This document shows, in pieces, positions 48,789 through 58,515 of a stretch of 64,000 nucleotides of DNA. Each line of letters starts with the position of its first letter. Position 1 is the stretch's first letter. The DNA comes from Candidatus Eiseniibacteriota bacterium (GTDB taxonomy: Bacteria > Eisenbacteria > RBG-16-71-46), in NCBI GenBank assembly GCA_963744995.1, contig CAVUWA010000002.1, positions 1,120,001 through 1,184,000 of the forward strand. The letters run 5' to 3'. The position numbers and the translations under genes are program-made. The notes under the pieces were generated by a model. That model was not told the DNA's origin. It ran no database searches and was given only the letters and a program-made list of their open reading frames with translations.

Positions 48789-48824
48789 TGCGGACTTCCG
48801 CAGAAACTGTCGGCTGCGCCGACG
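48789..48824. promoter_or_regulatory. Tandem palindromes, candidate enhancer (bEBP) sites
   Basis: TGCGGA-CT-TCCGCA and GTCGGC-TGC-GCCGAC, centres about 20 bp apart, about 100-120 bp upstream of the -24 element. Confidence 0.5.
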
Positions 48825-48829
48825 GCTGC

Positions 48830-49699
48830 TCAGCCGGTCAGCGCGCGGCCGAGCGGGCGCCGCTCGGGGAACGGCGCGAGCGAGAGCAGCTCGGGCCCGC
48901 CCTCGATCGCGAGCGGGGGCACCGTCCCGCCGGTGGCCGCGGCCAGGGCTTCGCGGCGGACCACGGCGATCCCGAGCCACGCGTCCGGCACCGCCGCATG
49001 CGTCGCACTGGTGAGCCGCCCCGCGAGCCCCGCCGTCCAGGCCAGATCGGCCGGCGCTGCGGGCGGCCTCCCGCGGCCGCCCACGAGCGCCGGCAGGCGC
49101 CGCACGCTCGCATAGGTGATCAGGCGCTGCAGCGCCTCCTGGCCCGTGTAGCAGCCCTTGGCGAGATGCACCTCGTCGGCGCAGCCGATCTCGTAGGGGT
49201 TGAAGTCCTCGTGGATCTCGCGGCCGTGGCGCGGGCGGCCGCGCGTCACGCGCTCGCGCTCGAGCAGCGCGCGGTCGACCGCGGGCGCCGCATCCACCGG
49301 CGCGAGTCGCAGACGGAAACCGCGGCCCTCGGGCGCGGCGCGCGGCACGCCACCGTCGCTCTCGACGCCGCCCGCGTCGTCGTCCGTCCACTCGGACCAC
49401 ACCGACCAGTCCGCCGAGAGGTCCTCGATGCGGACATCCTCGCGGAACACGTGGCGGTCGACATGCGCCGCGAGGTCCCCTCCGGGGGCGTCGTCGCGCA
49501 GCAGCCACACCGCGTCACCGGTCCGCGCCACCACCGCGCGATGGAGGAGGCGGCCGCGGAAGTCACAGAACAGCGTGGTGCGTGCCGCGCCCTGGGCGAG
49601 GTCTTCGAGCTGCTGCGACGAGATGCGCTGCAGGACGCCGAGCACGTCCCGACCGGTGAGGCGAAGCACGGTCGGACCGGACTGAAGCAAGTCGTTCAA
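48830..49699 (-). CDS. ygfZ: YgfZ/GcvT-like folate-binding protein
   Basis: LRLTGRD...LQ, KGCYTGQE; TTG start with AAGGAG RBS. Confidence 0.85.
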   Translation of the reverse strand: MNDLLQSGPTVLRLTGRDVLGVLQRISSQQLEDLAQGAARTTLFCDFRGRLLHRAVVARTGDAVWLLRDDAPGGDLAAHVDRHVFREDVRIEDLSADWSVWSEWTDDDAGGVESDGGVPRAAPEGRGFRLRLAPVDAAPAVDRALLERERVTRGRPRHGREIHEDFNPYEIGCADEVHLAKGCYTGQEALQRLITYASVRRLPALVGGRGRPPAAPADLAWTAGLAGRLTSATHAAVPDAWLGIAVVRREALAAATGGTVPPLAIEGGPELLSLAPFPERRPLGRALTG

Positions 49700-49872
49700 A
49701 CGGAACTCCTTCGTGCGACCGGGTTCAAGTCCCAACGTAAGTGGCGCGGGGCCAGGGGCGCAAGCCCCGCAGGCGGCGCCCGCCGGGGCGGTCCGGGTGC
49801 GCGCCGCGGGCCCGGCGCCCCGCGCGTTGCCGCTGGCGAGGGGGGAGCGGACCGGGCTAGATTGCACGGACC

Positions 49873-50937
49873 ATGACCGTGACCGCCGACTCGCTCGCCG
49901 ATCTCCTGCAGACCCTGGTCGACATGCCCAGTGTGACCGGCGACGAGGCGCGCATCGCCGACTGGGTGCGGGCGCGGCTCGCCGCGGTCGGCGGCGGCGA
50001 GATCCTCGCTTCGGGCCGGTCGGTGATCTGGCGCGGCCCCGCGGCCGGTCGGCCGCTGGTGGTGCTCGCCGGTCATCTCGATACCGTGCCGCCCAACGGC
50101 AATGCCGGCGCGCGGCGCGACGGCGATCGCATCTACGGCGTCGGCACCACCGACATGAAGGCCGGCGATGCGGTCATGCTGGCGCTCGTCGAGAGCCTCG
50201 ATCCGGGCGCGCTGCGCTTCGACCTGGCCGCCGTGTTCTACGACGCCGAGGAGGGGCCGAGCGACGGCAACGGCCTGAGGCGCGTGCTGGGCGAAATGCC
50301 GTGGCTCACCGCCGCGCGTCTCGCGGTGCTGCTCGAGCCCACCGACCTGCGCGTCGAGCTCGGTTGCGTCGGGACCATGAACGCCGAGGTGCGCGTGCGC
50401 GGGAAGGCGGCCCACAGCGCGCGGCCGTGGCTCGGCGTGAATGCGATCGGCGAGGCCGCGGCGTGGCTCGGCGAGATCACGCGCTTTCCGGCGACGCCCG
50501 TGGACGTCGGCGGGGTTTCGTTCAGGGAGACGCTGGCCGTGACCACGCTCCACGCCGGCCGCGCGAAGAACGTGATTCCCGACGAGCTGGTCGCGAACCT
50601 CAACTACCGCTTCCCGCCCGACCGCTCGCTCGAGGAGGCCGAGCGCCGCGTGCGCGCGCTGGTGCCGGAGGCGTTCGAGATGAAGGTGCTCGACCGTGCC
50701 GCGCCCGGCCGCGTATGCAACGACCGGCCGGAGGTGCGCGAGTTCATCGAGCGCTTCGACACGCCCATCGCCGGCAAGCAGGGCTGGACCGACGTCGCCC
50801 GCTTCACGGCCGCCGGGATCCCGGCGTTCAACTACGGCCCGGGCATCCCCGAGCTCGCGCATCAGGCCGGCGAGTACTGCCCGGTCGGGAACCTGCACAC
50901 CGTGTACGCGAACCTGGCCGCGTTCCTGAAGGGCTGA
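49873..50937 (+). CDS. dapE: Succinyl-diaminopimelate desuccinylase
   Basis: GHLDTVP, G.GTTDMK, EEG, AHSARPW.G.NAI, GWTDVARF, N.GPG...AH. Confidence 0.9.
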   Translation: MTVTADSLADLLQTLVDMPSVTGDEARIADWVRARLAAVGGGEILASGRSVIWRGPAAGRPLVVLAGHLDTVPPNGNAGARRDGDRIYGVGTTDMKAGDAVMLALVESLDPGALRFDLAAVFYDAEEGPSDGNGLRRVLGEMPWLTAARLAVLLEPTDLRVELGCVGTMNAEVRVRGKAAHSARPWLGVNAIGEAAAWLGEITRFPATPVDVGGVSFRETLAVTTLHAGRAKNVIPDELVANLNYRFPPDRSLEEAERRVRALVPEAFEMKVLDRAAPGRVCNDRPEVREFIERFDTPIAGKQGWTDVARFTAAGIPAFNYGPGIPELAHQAGEYCPVGNLHTVYANLAAFLKG

Positions 50938-50939
50938 CC

Positions 50940-52097
50940 TTGCGCGGGCCGCTGCATCCCGTCCTCGCCGAGCGCCGCGAGTATCCGTTCAGCGTGCTCC
51001 ACCGGCGGCTCGCCGAGCTGGCGCCGGCCGGCGTGCGGGTGATCGCCTTCAGCGCGGGCGACCCGCGCGAGGAAACGCCGGCGTTCATCCGCGAGACGCT
51101 GGCGGCGTCCGTGCCGGTGATGTCCTCGTACCCGAGCGCGGCGGGGAAGCCCGGGCTGCGCGCGGCGTGCGCGGCGTGGGTGAAGCGGCAGTACGGCGTC
51201 GCGCTCGATCCGGACACGGAGATCCTGCCCGCCAACGGCTCGAAGGAAGCGATCTTTCTGCTGGCGCTGGCGGTGCTCGACCGCGGCGGGCCGCGCGACA
51301 CGATCGTGATTCCGACGCCGTCGTATCCGGTCTACGAGGCCGCGGCGCGCGTGACCGACGCGCGCGTGCACCTCGCGCCGCTGGACTCGGCGAACGGCTG
51401 GCGCTTCGATCCCGACGCGGTCCCGGCGGAGCTCTGGGCCCGCACGGCGATCCTGTGGCTCAACTCGCCTCACAACCCGACCGGCGCCGTGCTGCCGCGC
51501 GCCACGCTCGAGCGCGTGCTCGCGCTCGCCCGCAGGCACGGCTTCTGGGTCGCCTCCGACGAGGCCTACGCCGACCTCTTCTTCGACGACCGGCCGCCGT
51601 CGGCGCTCGAGTGCGGGCTCGAGAACCTGATCGTGTTCCAGACCCTGAGCAAACGCTCGGCGATGACCGGCTACCGCTCCGGTTTCATGGCCGGGGATCC
51701 GGACCTGCTCGACGCGCTGCGGCGTTTCCGCCCGGCGGTCGGCGTGGCGACCCCGGACTTCGTGCAGGAGGCCGCCATCGCGGCGTGGAACGACGACGCG
51801 CACCCCGAGGACCAGCGCGGCCGCTACGCCGCGAAGCGCAGGCTGTTCACCGACTACTTCGCGAAGCGCGGCTGGCGCATCGAGGCCAGCGAGGCCGGCT
51901 TCTACCTGTGGTTCGCGGCGCCCGGCGGCGACGACGTCGCGTTCGTCGAGCGGCTCATGCGGCTCGGCCTGGTGGCGCTGCCCGGCTCGTTCCTCGGTGC
52001 CGCGGGGGCGGGGTTCGTGCGCTGGGCGCTGGTGCCGCCGCTTGCCGACTGCCGCGAAGCGATCACGCGGCTGGAGGCGCTCGGCGATGCGGGCTGA
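50940..52097 (+). CDS. dapC: Succinyldiaminopimelate aminotransferase (class I/II PLP)
   Basis: GSKEAIF, LNSPHNPTG, SDEAY, LSKRSAMTGYRSG; located between dapE and dapD. Confidence 0.82.
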   Translation: MRGPLHPVLAERREYPFSVLHRRLAELAPAGVRVIAFSAGDPREETPAFIRETLAASVPVMSSYPSAAGKPGLRAACAAWVKRQYGVALDPDTEILPANGSKEAIFLLALAVLDRGGPRDTIVIPTPSYPVYEAAARVTDARVHLAPLDSANGWRFDPDAVPAELWARTAILWLNSPHNPTGAVLPRATLERVLALARRHGFWVASDEAYADLFFDDRPPSALECGLENLIVFQTLSKRSAMTGYRSGFMAGDPDLLDALRRFRPAVGVATPDFVQEAAIAAWNDDAHPEDQRGRYAAKRRLFTDYFAKRGWRIEASEAGFYLWFAAPGGDDVAFVERLMRLGLVALPGSFLGAAGAGFVRWALVPPLADCREAITRLEALGDAG

Positions 52098-52181
52098 GCC
52101 GCCTGCCGGGCCCCCTCCGGCGTCTCGCGCCCGGCGGGGCCCGGGGCCGCTGCGCGTGGGGCGCGCGGGCCGGGTGACGTC

Positions 52182-52982
52182 ATGACACGTCGTGTCGCAC
52201 TCGCGGCAGCCGTGCTTCTGCTCGCGGGCGGCTGCGGCCGCGAAGCGATGCTCGATCGGTTTTCCTCGCCCGCGGACCAGGCGGCCGCGCAGGCCTACAT
52301 CGCGCTGCTGAGAAACGGAGACTTCGAGCCCATCGAGAGCGCGACCGACGTGTCGCTCCGGTCCGGTCTCCACGCGCAGCTGGAGCGCATGGCAGCGATG
52401 ATCCCGGAAGGGGAGCCCACCTCTGTGAAGGTCGTCGGGGCCCAGCAGTTCAGCGATGCGGATGGAACGATGGTCAATACGACGTTCGAATACAGCTTCG
52501 GGGAGGCCTGGCTCCTCATCAACGTCGCGCTTCGCCGTGCCGGCACCGATACGACGATCGTCGGTTTCAACGTCGTTCCGCAGCCGCGCTCCCTCGAGGC
52601 CCGAAACCGTTTCACCCTGGCCGGCAAGCAGCCGCTTCAATATGCGGTCCTCGGCGCCGCGGTGTCGGCCGTCGCGTTGACGCTCTATGCGCTCGTCGTC
52701 TGCCTGCGGGCCCCGGGCCTCCGTCGCAGGTGGCTGTGGGTCGTGTTCGTCGTGACGGGCGTCGGCAGGTTGGGGGTGAACTGGACCACGGGGCAATGGA
52801 GCGTCTTCCCGTTCACGCTGCAGCTGTTCAGCGCGTCGGCCTTCGCGCCGCTCTATGGCGCCTGGACCATCGCCGCGTCGGTTCCCCTGGGAGCCATCGT
52901 GTTCCTCCTGTTCCGGCGGCGGTTGCTGCCGGCGGAAGCCGGTGGCCCGGTCGCGGCGCCGGAAGGCGACGGCGCGAAGTGA
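52182..52982 (+). CDS. Hypothetical membrane protein with lipoprotein-like N-terminus
   Basis: LAGGC lipobox-like sequence, soluble domain, three C-terminal TM helices. Confidence 0.7.
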   Translation: MTRRVALAAAVLLLAGGCGREAMLDRFSSPADQAAAQAYIALLRNGDFEPIESATDVSLRSGLHAQLERMAAMIPEGEPTSVKVVGAQQFSDADGTMVNTTFEYSFGEAWLLINVALRRAGTDTTIVGFNVVPQPRSLEARNRFTLAGKQPLQYAVLGAAVSAVALTLYALVVCLRAPGLRRRWLWVVFVVTGVGRLGVNWTTGQWSVFPFTLQLFSASAFAPLYGAWTIAASVPLGAIVFLLFRRRLLPAEAGGPVAAPEGDGAK

Positions 52983-53068
52983 CCGCCGCCAGCAGGGGAG
53001 GCGAAGGGCCCGGGAACGATCGGCCCGCGGGCCGGAAGCCCGGCATGGCGCCCCGGGTCCGCACGCGG

Positions 53069-53746
53069 CTACGGTGAGGACAGCAGCGTCACGTCCGGCG
53101 CGGTGACCGTCGAGCCCGGCACCGGCACCGTGACGTTCTCGAACTGGTCGCCGAAACCCGGGGAACCGTAGAAGACCGTCCACGTCCCCGGCGGCACGCC
53201 GTCGAGCGCATAGGCGCCGCTGGTGTCGGTGACCGCGCACGCGCCGCCGATCCCGATCGCGCTGACGATGATGCCGTGATGATCGGCGCGTCCGGCCAGG
53301 AGCGCGCGGCCCTCGATGCGCGAAGGCGCGTGCACGACCAGGCGCACCAGCACGGAGTCGGCGTCGTTGGCCGGATCCATGATCAGGGCGTGGCCGCCGG
53401 CAACGCGGCCGTCCATGCCGCGGGTCGACAGGATCCAGGCCCCCGGGCGCAGCCGCAGCAGGGCCTCGCCGTCGGCGTCGGTATCGTCGTAGATCACGAT
53501 CGCCAGGCCGTTGACGTCGAACAGCGAGGTCGCCACGAGCGCCGCCGACGACACGCCCGCGCCCAGCGAATCGGTGACCGCGACGCCCACCGGGCGCGCC
53601 GGCGACAGCGAGACCGGAGGCGACGTGGGGGACTCGCTCGAGCACCCGAGCGCGAGCCATGCGAGGCCGCAGGTGAACACGGCGCCGAGCGCACACAGGC
53701 GCGGGCGCAAAGCCCGCGGGGGACGACTCCGTCGAGCGATGGACAT
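53069..53746 (-). CDS. Lipoprotein with carboxypeptidase-regulatory-like (Cna-B) domains
   Basis: LALGC, TDADGEA.L.L.PG.W, TDTSGAY.L.GVPPGTW. Confidence 0.72.
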   Translation of the reverse strand: MSIARRSRPPRALRPRLCALGAVFTCGLAWLALGCSSESPTSPPVSLSPARPVGVAVTDSLGAGVSSAALVATSLFDVNGLAIVIYDDTDADGEALLRLRPGAWILSTRGMDGRVAGGHALIMDPANDADSVLVRLVVHAPSRIEGRALLAGRADHHGIIVSAIGIGGACAVTDTSGAYALDGVPPGTWTVFYGSPGFGDQFENVTVPVPGSTVTAPDVTLLSSP

Positions 53747-53882
53747 CGACTGATCATCGCAGCCTCCGGCGCGAATGTCACCTGCGCCCTTTGCCCGTGC
53801 CGCGTGCGGGAAACGCTTGGAGCACGAAGCGCCTTCGTAGAGAATCGCGACCCGAGCCCACTCGAACCCGAAGAGGAGCCCC

Positions 53883-54734
53883 ATGACGCCCGACCTGATT
53901 CGCACGGACGCGTACCCGATCGAACGCTGGAAGGCCGATGTCGCGGCCGGCTACGAGGGCGCGAAGCCGCTCGACGATCCGGCCGTGCGCGGCGCGGTCG
54001 AGGGGGCGATGGCGGCGCTCGATGCGGGTGACCTGCGCGTCGCCGAGAAGGTGAACGGCGAGTGGATCACGCACGGCTGGCTGCAGGAGGCGATCGCGCT
54101 CTACTTCCGGCTGCGGATCTCGAAGACGATGGAGGTCGGGCCGTTCGAGTACCACGACAAGGTGCCGCTCAAGAAGGGTCTCGCGCGGGCCGGCGTGCGG
54201 GTCGTACCGCCCGGCGTGGCGCGCTACGGCTCGTTCCTCGAAAAGGGTGTGGTGCTGATGCCCGGCTACGTGAACGTCGGCGCACGCGTCGGCGAAGGCA
54301 CCATGGTGGACACCTGGGCGACCGTGGGCTCGTGCGCGCAGGTGGGCAGGCGCGTGCATCTCTCGGGCGGGGTCGGCATCGGCGGCGTGCTCGAGCCGCC
54401 GCAGAGTCAGCCGGTGATCGTCGAGGACGACTGCTTCGTGGGCTCGCGCGCGATCGTCGTGGAAGGCGTGTTGGTCGAGGAGGGCGCCGTGCTCGGCGCG
54501 GGGGTGGTGCTGACCGCCTCGACGCCGGTCGTCGACGTGCGCGGGATCAAGCCCCACACGAGCCGCGGCCGGATCCCGGCGCGCGCCGTGGTGATCCCCG
54601 GCACGCAGCCCAAGAAGTTCCCCGCGGGCGAGTTCGGCACGCCGTGCGCGCTGATCATCGGCGAGCGCAAGGCATCCACCGACCGCAAGACCTCGCTCAA
54701 CGAGGCGCTGCGCCAGTTCGGCGTGGCGGTGTAG
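53883..54734 (+). CDS. dapD: Tetrahydrodipicolinate N-succinyltransferase
   Basis: LD.G.LRVAE, DKVPLK, RVVPP, VDTWATVGSCAQ, LSGGVGIGGVLEP; GAGGAG RBS. Confidence 0.96.
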   Translation: MTPDLIRTDAYPIERWKADVAAGYEGAKPLDDPAVRGAVEGAMAALDAGDLRVAEKVNGEWITHGWLQEAIALYFRLRISKTMEVGPFEYHDKVPLKKGLARAGVRVVPPGVARYGSFLEKGVVLMPGYVNVGARVGEGTMVDTWATVGSCAQVGRRVHLSGGVGIGGVLEPPQSQPVIVEDDCFVGSRAIVVEGVLVEEGAVLGAGVVLTASTPVVDVRGIKPHTSRGRIPARAVVIPGTQPKKFPAGEFGTPCALIIGERKASTDRKTSLNEALRQFGVAV

Positions 54735-54736
54735 GC

Positions 54737-55477
54737 GTGCGGGTCGCGGCGCTCTACGACATCCACGGCAACCTGCCGGCGCTCGAGGCCGTGCTCGCGG
54801 AGATCCGCGCCGCGGGCGTGGACCGGGTGGTGGTGGGCGGCGACGTGCTGCCGGGCCCGATGCCGGACGCGTGCCTCGACGTGCTGGCCGGGCTCGACGT
54901 GCCCGTGGAATGCGTCCACGGCAACGGCGAGAGCGAGGTGCTCGCCGCCCATCGCGGCGAGCCGCTCGGCCGGACGCCGGAACGCATGCATCCGACGATC
55001 CGCTGGGTCGCCTCGCAGCTGTCGGCCGCCCACCTCGCGGCGATCGCGGGGTGGCCGCTGACCCGTTCGCTCGAGCTGCCCGGGATCGGTCCCACGCTGT
55101 TCTGCCACGCGACGCCGCGCAGCGACGTCGAAATCTTCACGTGCCTGACCCCGGAAGCGCGCCTCGCGCCGGTATTCGCCGCGGTGGGTGCGGCGCTGGT
55201 CGTGTGCGGCCACACCCACATGCCCTTCGACCGCACGGTCGGCGAGGTGCGCGTGGTCAATGCCGGCAGCGTCGGGATGCCGTTCGGGCGCCCGGGCGCG
55301 GCGTGGCTGCTGCTCGCGGACGGCGAGGTCCAACCGCGCCGCACCGCATACGAACTGGACGCGGCCATGCGCCGCATTCGCGCCACCGCGTATCCGCCGG
55401 CGGCCGAGCTCGACCTCGCGGCGCCGCCTTCGACAGAGGCGATGCTCGAGCGCTTCGAGGCCGCTGCCCTGCGCTAG
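54737..55477 (+). CDS. Metallophosphoesterase (calcineurin-like)
   Basis: DIHGN, GD, GNGE, HA, GHTH, NAGSVG. Confidence 0.9.
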   Translation: MRVAALYDIHGNLPALEAVLAEIRAAGVDRVVVGGDVLPGPMPDACLDVLAGLDVPVECVHGNGESEVLAAHRGEPLGRTPERMHPTIRWVASQLSAAHLAAIAGWPLTRSLELPGIGPTLFCHATPRSDVEIFTCLTPEARLAPVFAAVGAALVVCGHTHMPFDRTVGEVRVVNAGSVGMPFGRPGAAWLLLADGEVQPRRTAYELDAAMRRIRATAYPPAAELDLAAPPSTEAMLERFEAAALR

Positions 55478-55489
55478 GAGGGACTCCGA

Positions 55490-56032
55490 ATGCCCGCTCT
55501 CAGGGCCGCGCTGTTGCGCGGCGTCAACCTCGGCCCCTCGACGCGGGTGCCGATGGCCGAGCTGCGAGAGCTGTTCGAGAAGCTGGGCTACACGGAGGTG
55601 CGCACGCTGCTCAACAGCGGCAACGTCGTGTTCGCGACGCCGCGCCGGCCGCGCGGCGACGAGCGCGTCCGCATCGAGAAGGCGATCGCGGGGCGCTTCG
55701 GCGTGCGGAGCGCCGTCGTCCTGATGACCGCGGCCGAGGTCGCGGCCGCCGTCGACGGCGAGCCGTTCGGGCGCGCCGCACCCGATCCCAAGCGGCTGCT
55801 GGTCGTGGCGCTGCGGGAGGTGAAGGCGAAGTCGCTCGTCCGGGGCGTGCTGGCGGCCGACTGGTCGCCCGAGGCGATCTCCGCGGGCAGGCGTGTGCTC
55901 TATCTGTGGTGTGCGGGCGGATTGAACCGGAGCCCGCTGTGGACGGCCGTCCTCAAGGCCCTCGGCGACGCGGGCACCGGGCGCAACCTCGCCACGATGC
56001 GCAAGCTGCGGGCGCTGCTGGAGCGGGCGTAG
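55490..56032 (+). CDS. DUF1697-family protein
   Basis: ALLRGVNLG...VPMAELR...V.T.L.SGNVVF, T.RN..T..KL. Confidence 0.88.
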   Translation: MPALRAALLRGVNLGPSTRVPMAELRELFEKLGYTEVRTLLNSGNVVFATPRRPRGDERVRIEKAIAGRFGVRSAVVLMTAAEVAAAVDGEPFGRAAPDPKRLLVVALREVKAKSLVRGVLAADWSPEAISAGRRVLYLWCAGGLNRSPLWTAVLKALGDAGTGRNLATMRKLRALLERA

Positions 56033-56333
56033 CCGCGCGTGGGGCCGGGGCGCTCTGCCTGGCGCGTCGGTGGCGGGCCCCGCGGCGCTGACGCGCACCG
56101 CGCTGCCCGCCCGGAGTGCGGTGCCCGGCGCGTTCGTGCCGTGGCGTTCGGCGCACGGTTCGTGCCGCGAATCCCGTCGCTGGTCGACGACCCTTCCGCG
56201 CCCGCGCGGGTGCGCTCGATCGCGGCGGCCGGCGCGGTCACGCTGGGGCTCCGGTTCGTCCCGGGCCGGGTCATCCGCGCACCGGCTGCGTTCCTGTGAA
56301 CCGCACGCTACGCGGAGCGGGCAGGGAGGCGCC

Positions 56334-57299
56334 ATGGCGCAGGGAGTCGCGGCGCCAGCGGGAGGGAACGTGAGCAGGCTTCTGACCGTGGGATGGCTGC
56401 TGCTGTGCGCGGGCTGCGCGCCGGCGCACGAACGCGCCGCCGTCGGGCCGCCGTCGTTCGACTACTTCGGCCAGCGGCCGCCCGGCCTCGTGCCCGAGGT
56501 GTTCGCGCCGGGCGTGGTCTCGCGCGACGACCGCTACGAATACGTGATCGCGTTTTCGCCGGATGGGAACGAGTGCTGTTTCGGCGTCACCGACTCCGCG
56601 TGGTCCACCTGCACCCTCTACGATGCCCGGCGCGTGAACGGAACGTGGACGACCCCGGCGCCGGCGGCGTTTCAGGGTGACGGCGACGGCTGGCTGCCGT
56701 CGTTTTCGCCCGACGGGCGCCGGCTGATGTTCTCGTCCGGGCGCCCGGACATCATGCACGGCTCGAACGCCTACGTCTGCACGAAGGGGGCAGACGGCTG
56801 GAGCGCGCCCGTGCCGCTGGAGGCGCCGGTCAACTCGCCGGGTTACGACTGGCGGCCGCTCGAGACGCGGGACGGAACGCTCTACTTCAGCTCCGATCGG
56901 CCGGCCGGTCTGGGGCAGATGGACCTCTATCGCGCGGCGCCCGCCGAACACGGCAGTCGCAACGTGGAGAATCTCGGCGCGCCGTTCAATACTGCGTCGA
57001 TCGACGCGTCGCCGTGTCTGTCGCCGGACGGGCGCGTGATGACGCTCGAGAGCTGGCGTGCGGGCGGGTACGGCAAGGGCGACCTGTACGTGTGCTTCAG
57101 GCAGCCGGACGGCACCTGGTCCGAGCCGAAGAACCTCGGTCCGGCCTTCAACACCGAGGCCATCGAGGACGGCGGCTCGTTCTCGCCCGACGGCCGCTAC
57201 TTCTTCTTCAATCGCCGGGCGGACTGGGAGACGGACGAGCAGACCGACCTCTACTGGGTCGACGCGCGTGCGCTGTTCGCGCCCGGCGACGTCCCGTGA
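56334..57299 (+). CDS. PD40/WD40-like beta-propeller exported protein
   Basis: YFGQ.PPG..PEVFAPG.VS, SPDG repeats, GGYGKGDLY, PKNLG..FNT. Confidence 0.85.
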   Translation: MAQGVAAPAGGNVSRLLTVGWLLLCAGCAPAHERAAVGPPSFDYFGQRPPGLVPEVFAPGVVSRDDRYEYVIAFSPDGNECCFGVTDSAWSTCTLYDARRVNGTWTTPAPAAFQGDGDGWLPSFSPDGRRLMFSSGRPDIMHGSNAYVCTKGADGWSAPVPLEAPVNSPGYDWRPLETRDGTLYFSSDRPAGLGQMDLYRAAPAEHGSRNVENLGAPFNTASIDASPCLSPDGRVMTLESWRAGGYGKGDLYVCFRQPDGTWSEPKNLGPAFNTEAIEDGGSFSPDGRYFFFNRRADWETDEQTDLYWVDARALFAPGDVP

Positions 57300-57778
57300 A
57301 CGGACGATTCGACCCCGCGGCCGCGACGTTCGGCGAGCGCGAGCGCGGCATCGCCTGCCGCGTGCGTCCCGCCGCCTGCGCCATCGTGTTCGACGTGGCA
57401 GGACGCGTTGCCTGCGTCGACGTGGACTCGGGGCTGTTCCTGCCGGGCGGCGGACTCGCGCCCGGCGAGGATCCCGCAGCGGCCGTGCGCCGCGAAGTCG
57501 CCGAGGAGTGCGCGCGGGCGCTGGAGATCGTGGCCCGTTCGGACGCGCGGTGCAGTTCTTCCGCACCGCGCACGGCGAGGCCTTCGAGCTGCGTGCGGCG
57601 TTCTTCCTCGGCCGCTTCGGGTGCCGCGCTCGACCGCGAACCGCAGCATTCCGTAAGCTGGCATCCGCCGAGCCCCGTGCCGCCGCTCTACCATGCATGC
57701 CATCGCTGGGCGGTGCGCCGGGCGCGGCAAGCCGCCGCGCGCGGATCGCTCACGGCGCGGCGGGGCCGCACGATGTGA
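57296..57778 (+). pseudogene. NUDIX hydrolase with two compensating frameshifts
   Basis: Nudix box LPGGG..PGE...AVRREVAEE; the plausible continuation FGRAVQFF...FFLGRFG lies in another frame between about 57538 and 57620. Confidence 0.6.
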
Positions 57779-57915
57779 AGGGAGCGCGCGCGAGCGGATC
57801 CGGCGGCAAGCTCGGCCTCAACGCCACCCGGGCGATGGCCGCGGGCGGCATGGTCGGCGGCGGGATCTTCTCGACGCTCGGTGTCGTGGTCGGCATCGCC
57901 GGCCGCTGGGTGCCG
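57775..57915 (+). pseudogene. N-terminal remnant of an APC amino-acid permease
   Basis: KLGLNAT.AMAAGGMVGGGIFSTLGVVV.IAG (TM1 only), running in frame into the next gene. Confidence 0.6.
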
Positions 57916-57951
57916 CTGGCTGATCGCACGCGGCGAGATGAAGGGGGCCTG

Positions 57952-58509
57952 ATGCGCGAACGCTCGATCGTCGCCTCGATCGAAGGCGAATATCGCCGCT
58001 ACCGGAATCTCGCCGAGGGCGCGATGGCGCAGCTCTCGGAGGCGCAGCTTGGTGAGTCCACGGGCGCCGAGGGGAATTCGATCGCGACGCTGGTCCGGCA
58101 CATGGCCGGCAATCTCGAATCGCGTTTCACCGGCTTTCTCGAATCCGACGGCGAGAAGCCATGGCGCGACCGCGAAGGCGAGTTCCAGACGCGCGAGGTG
58201 CCGCGCGCAGCACTGCTCGCGCGCTGGAACGCCGGCTGGCAGGTGCTGTTCGATGCCCTGGCGGCGCTCGACGACGCCGACCTGCAGCGCATCGTGACGA
58301 TTCGCGGCGTGCCGCACGCCGTGCACGAGGCGCTGCACCGCTCGCTCGCGCACGCGAGCTATCACGTCGGGCAGATCGTGTTCATGGCGAAGGCGATGAA
58401 GGGCCCGGGCTGGCGCTACCTGAGCATCCCGCCGGGGGGGACCGCGGCGTACAACCGGCGCCCGGAAAAGGAAAAGCCGCCCTCGACCCGCGAGCCGGGC
58501 GCGTCGTGA
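57952..58509 (+). CDS. DUF1572/DinB-family protein
   Basis: NSIA.LV.H.AGNL.SRFT.FL.SDGEKPWRDR..EF, H.SYHVGQI. Confidence 0.9.
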   Translation: MRERSIVASIEGEYRRYRNLAEGAMAQLSEAQLGESTGAEGNSIATLVRHMAGNLESRFTGFLESDGEKPWRDREGEFQTREVPRAALLARWNAGWQVLFDALAALDDADLQRIVTIRGVPHAVHEALHRSLAHASYHVGQIVFMAKAMKGPGWRYLSIPPGGTAAYNRRPEKEKPPSTREPGAS

Positions 58510-58515
58510 GAGCGC

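Noticed and set aside
56152..56167. sigma54-like CGGCACGAACCGTGCG on the minus strand
   Set aside because: Points antisense into DUF1697 with no credible gene, and is explained by a small palindrome.
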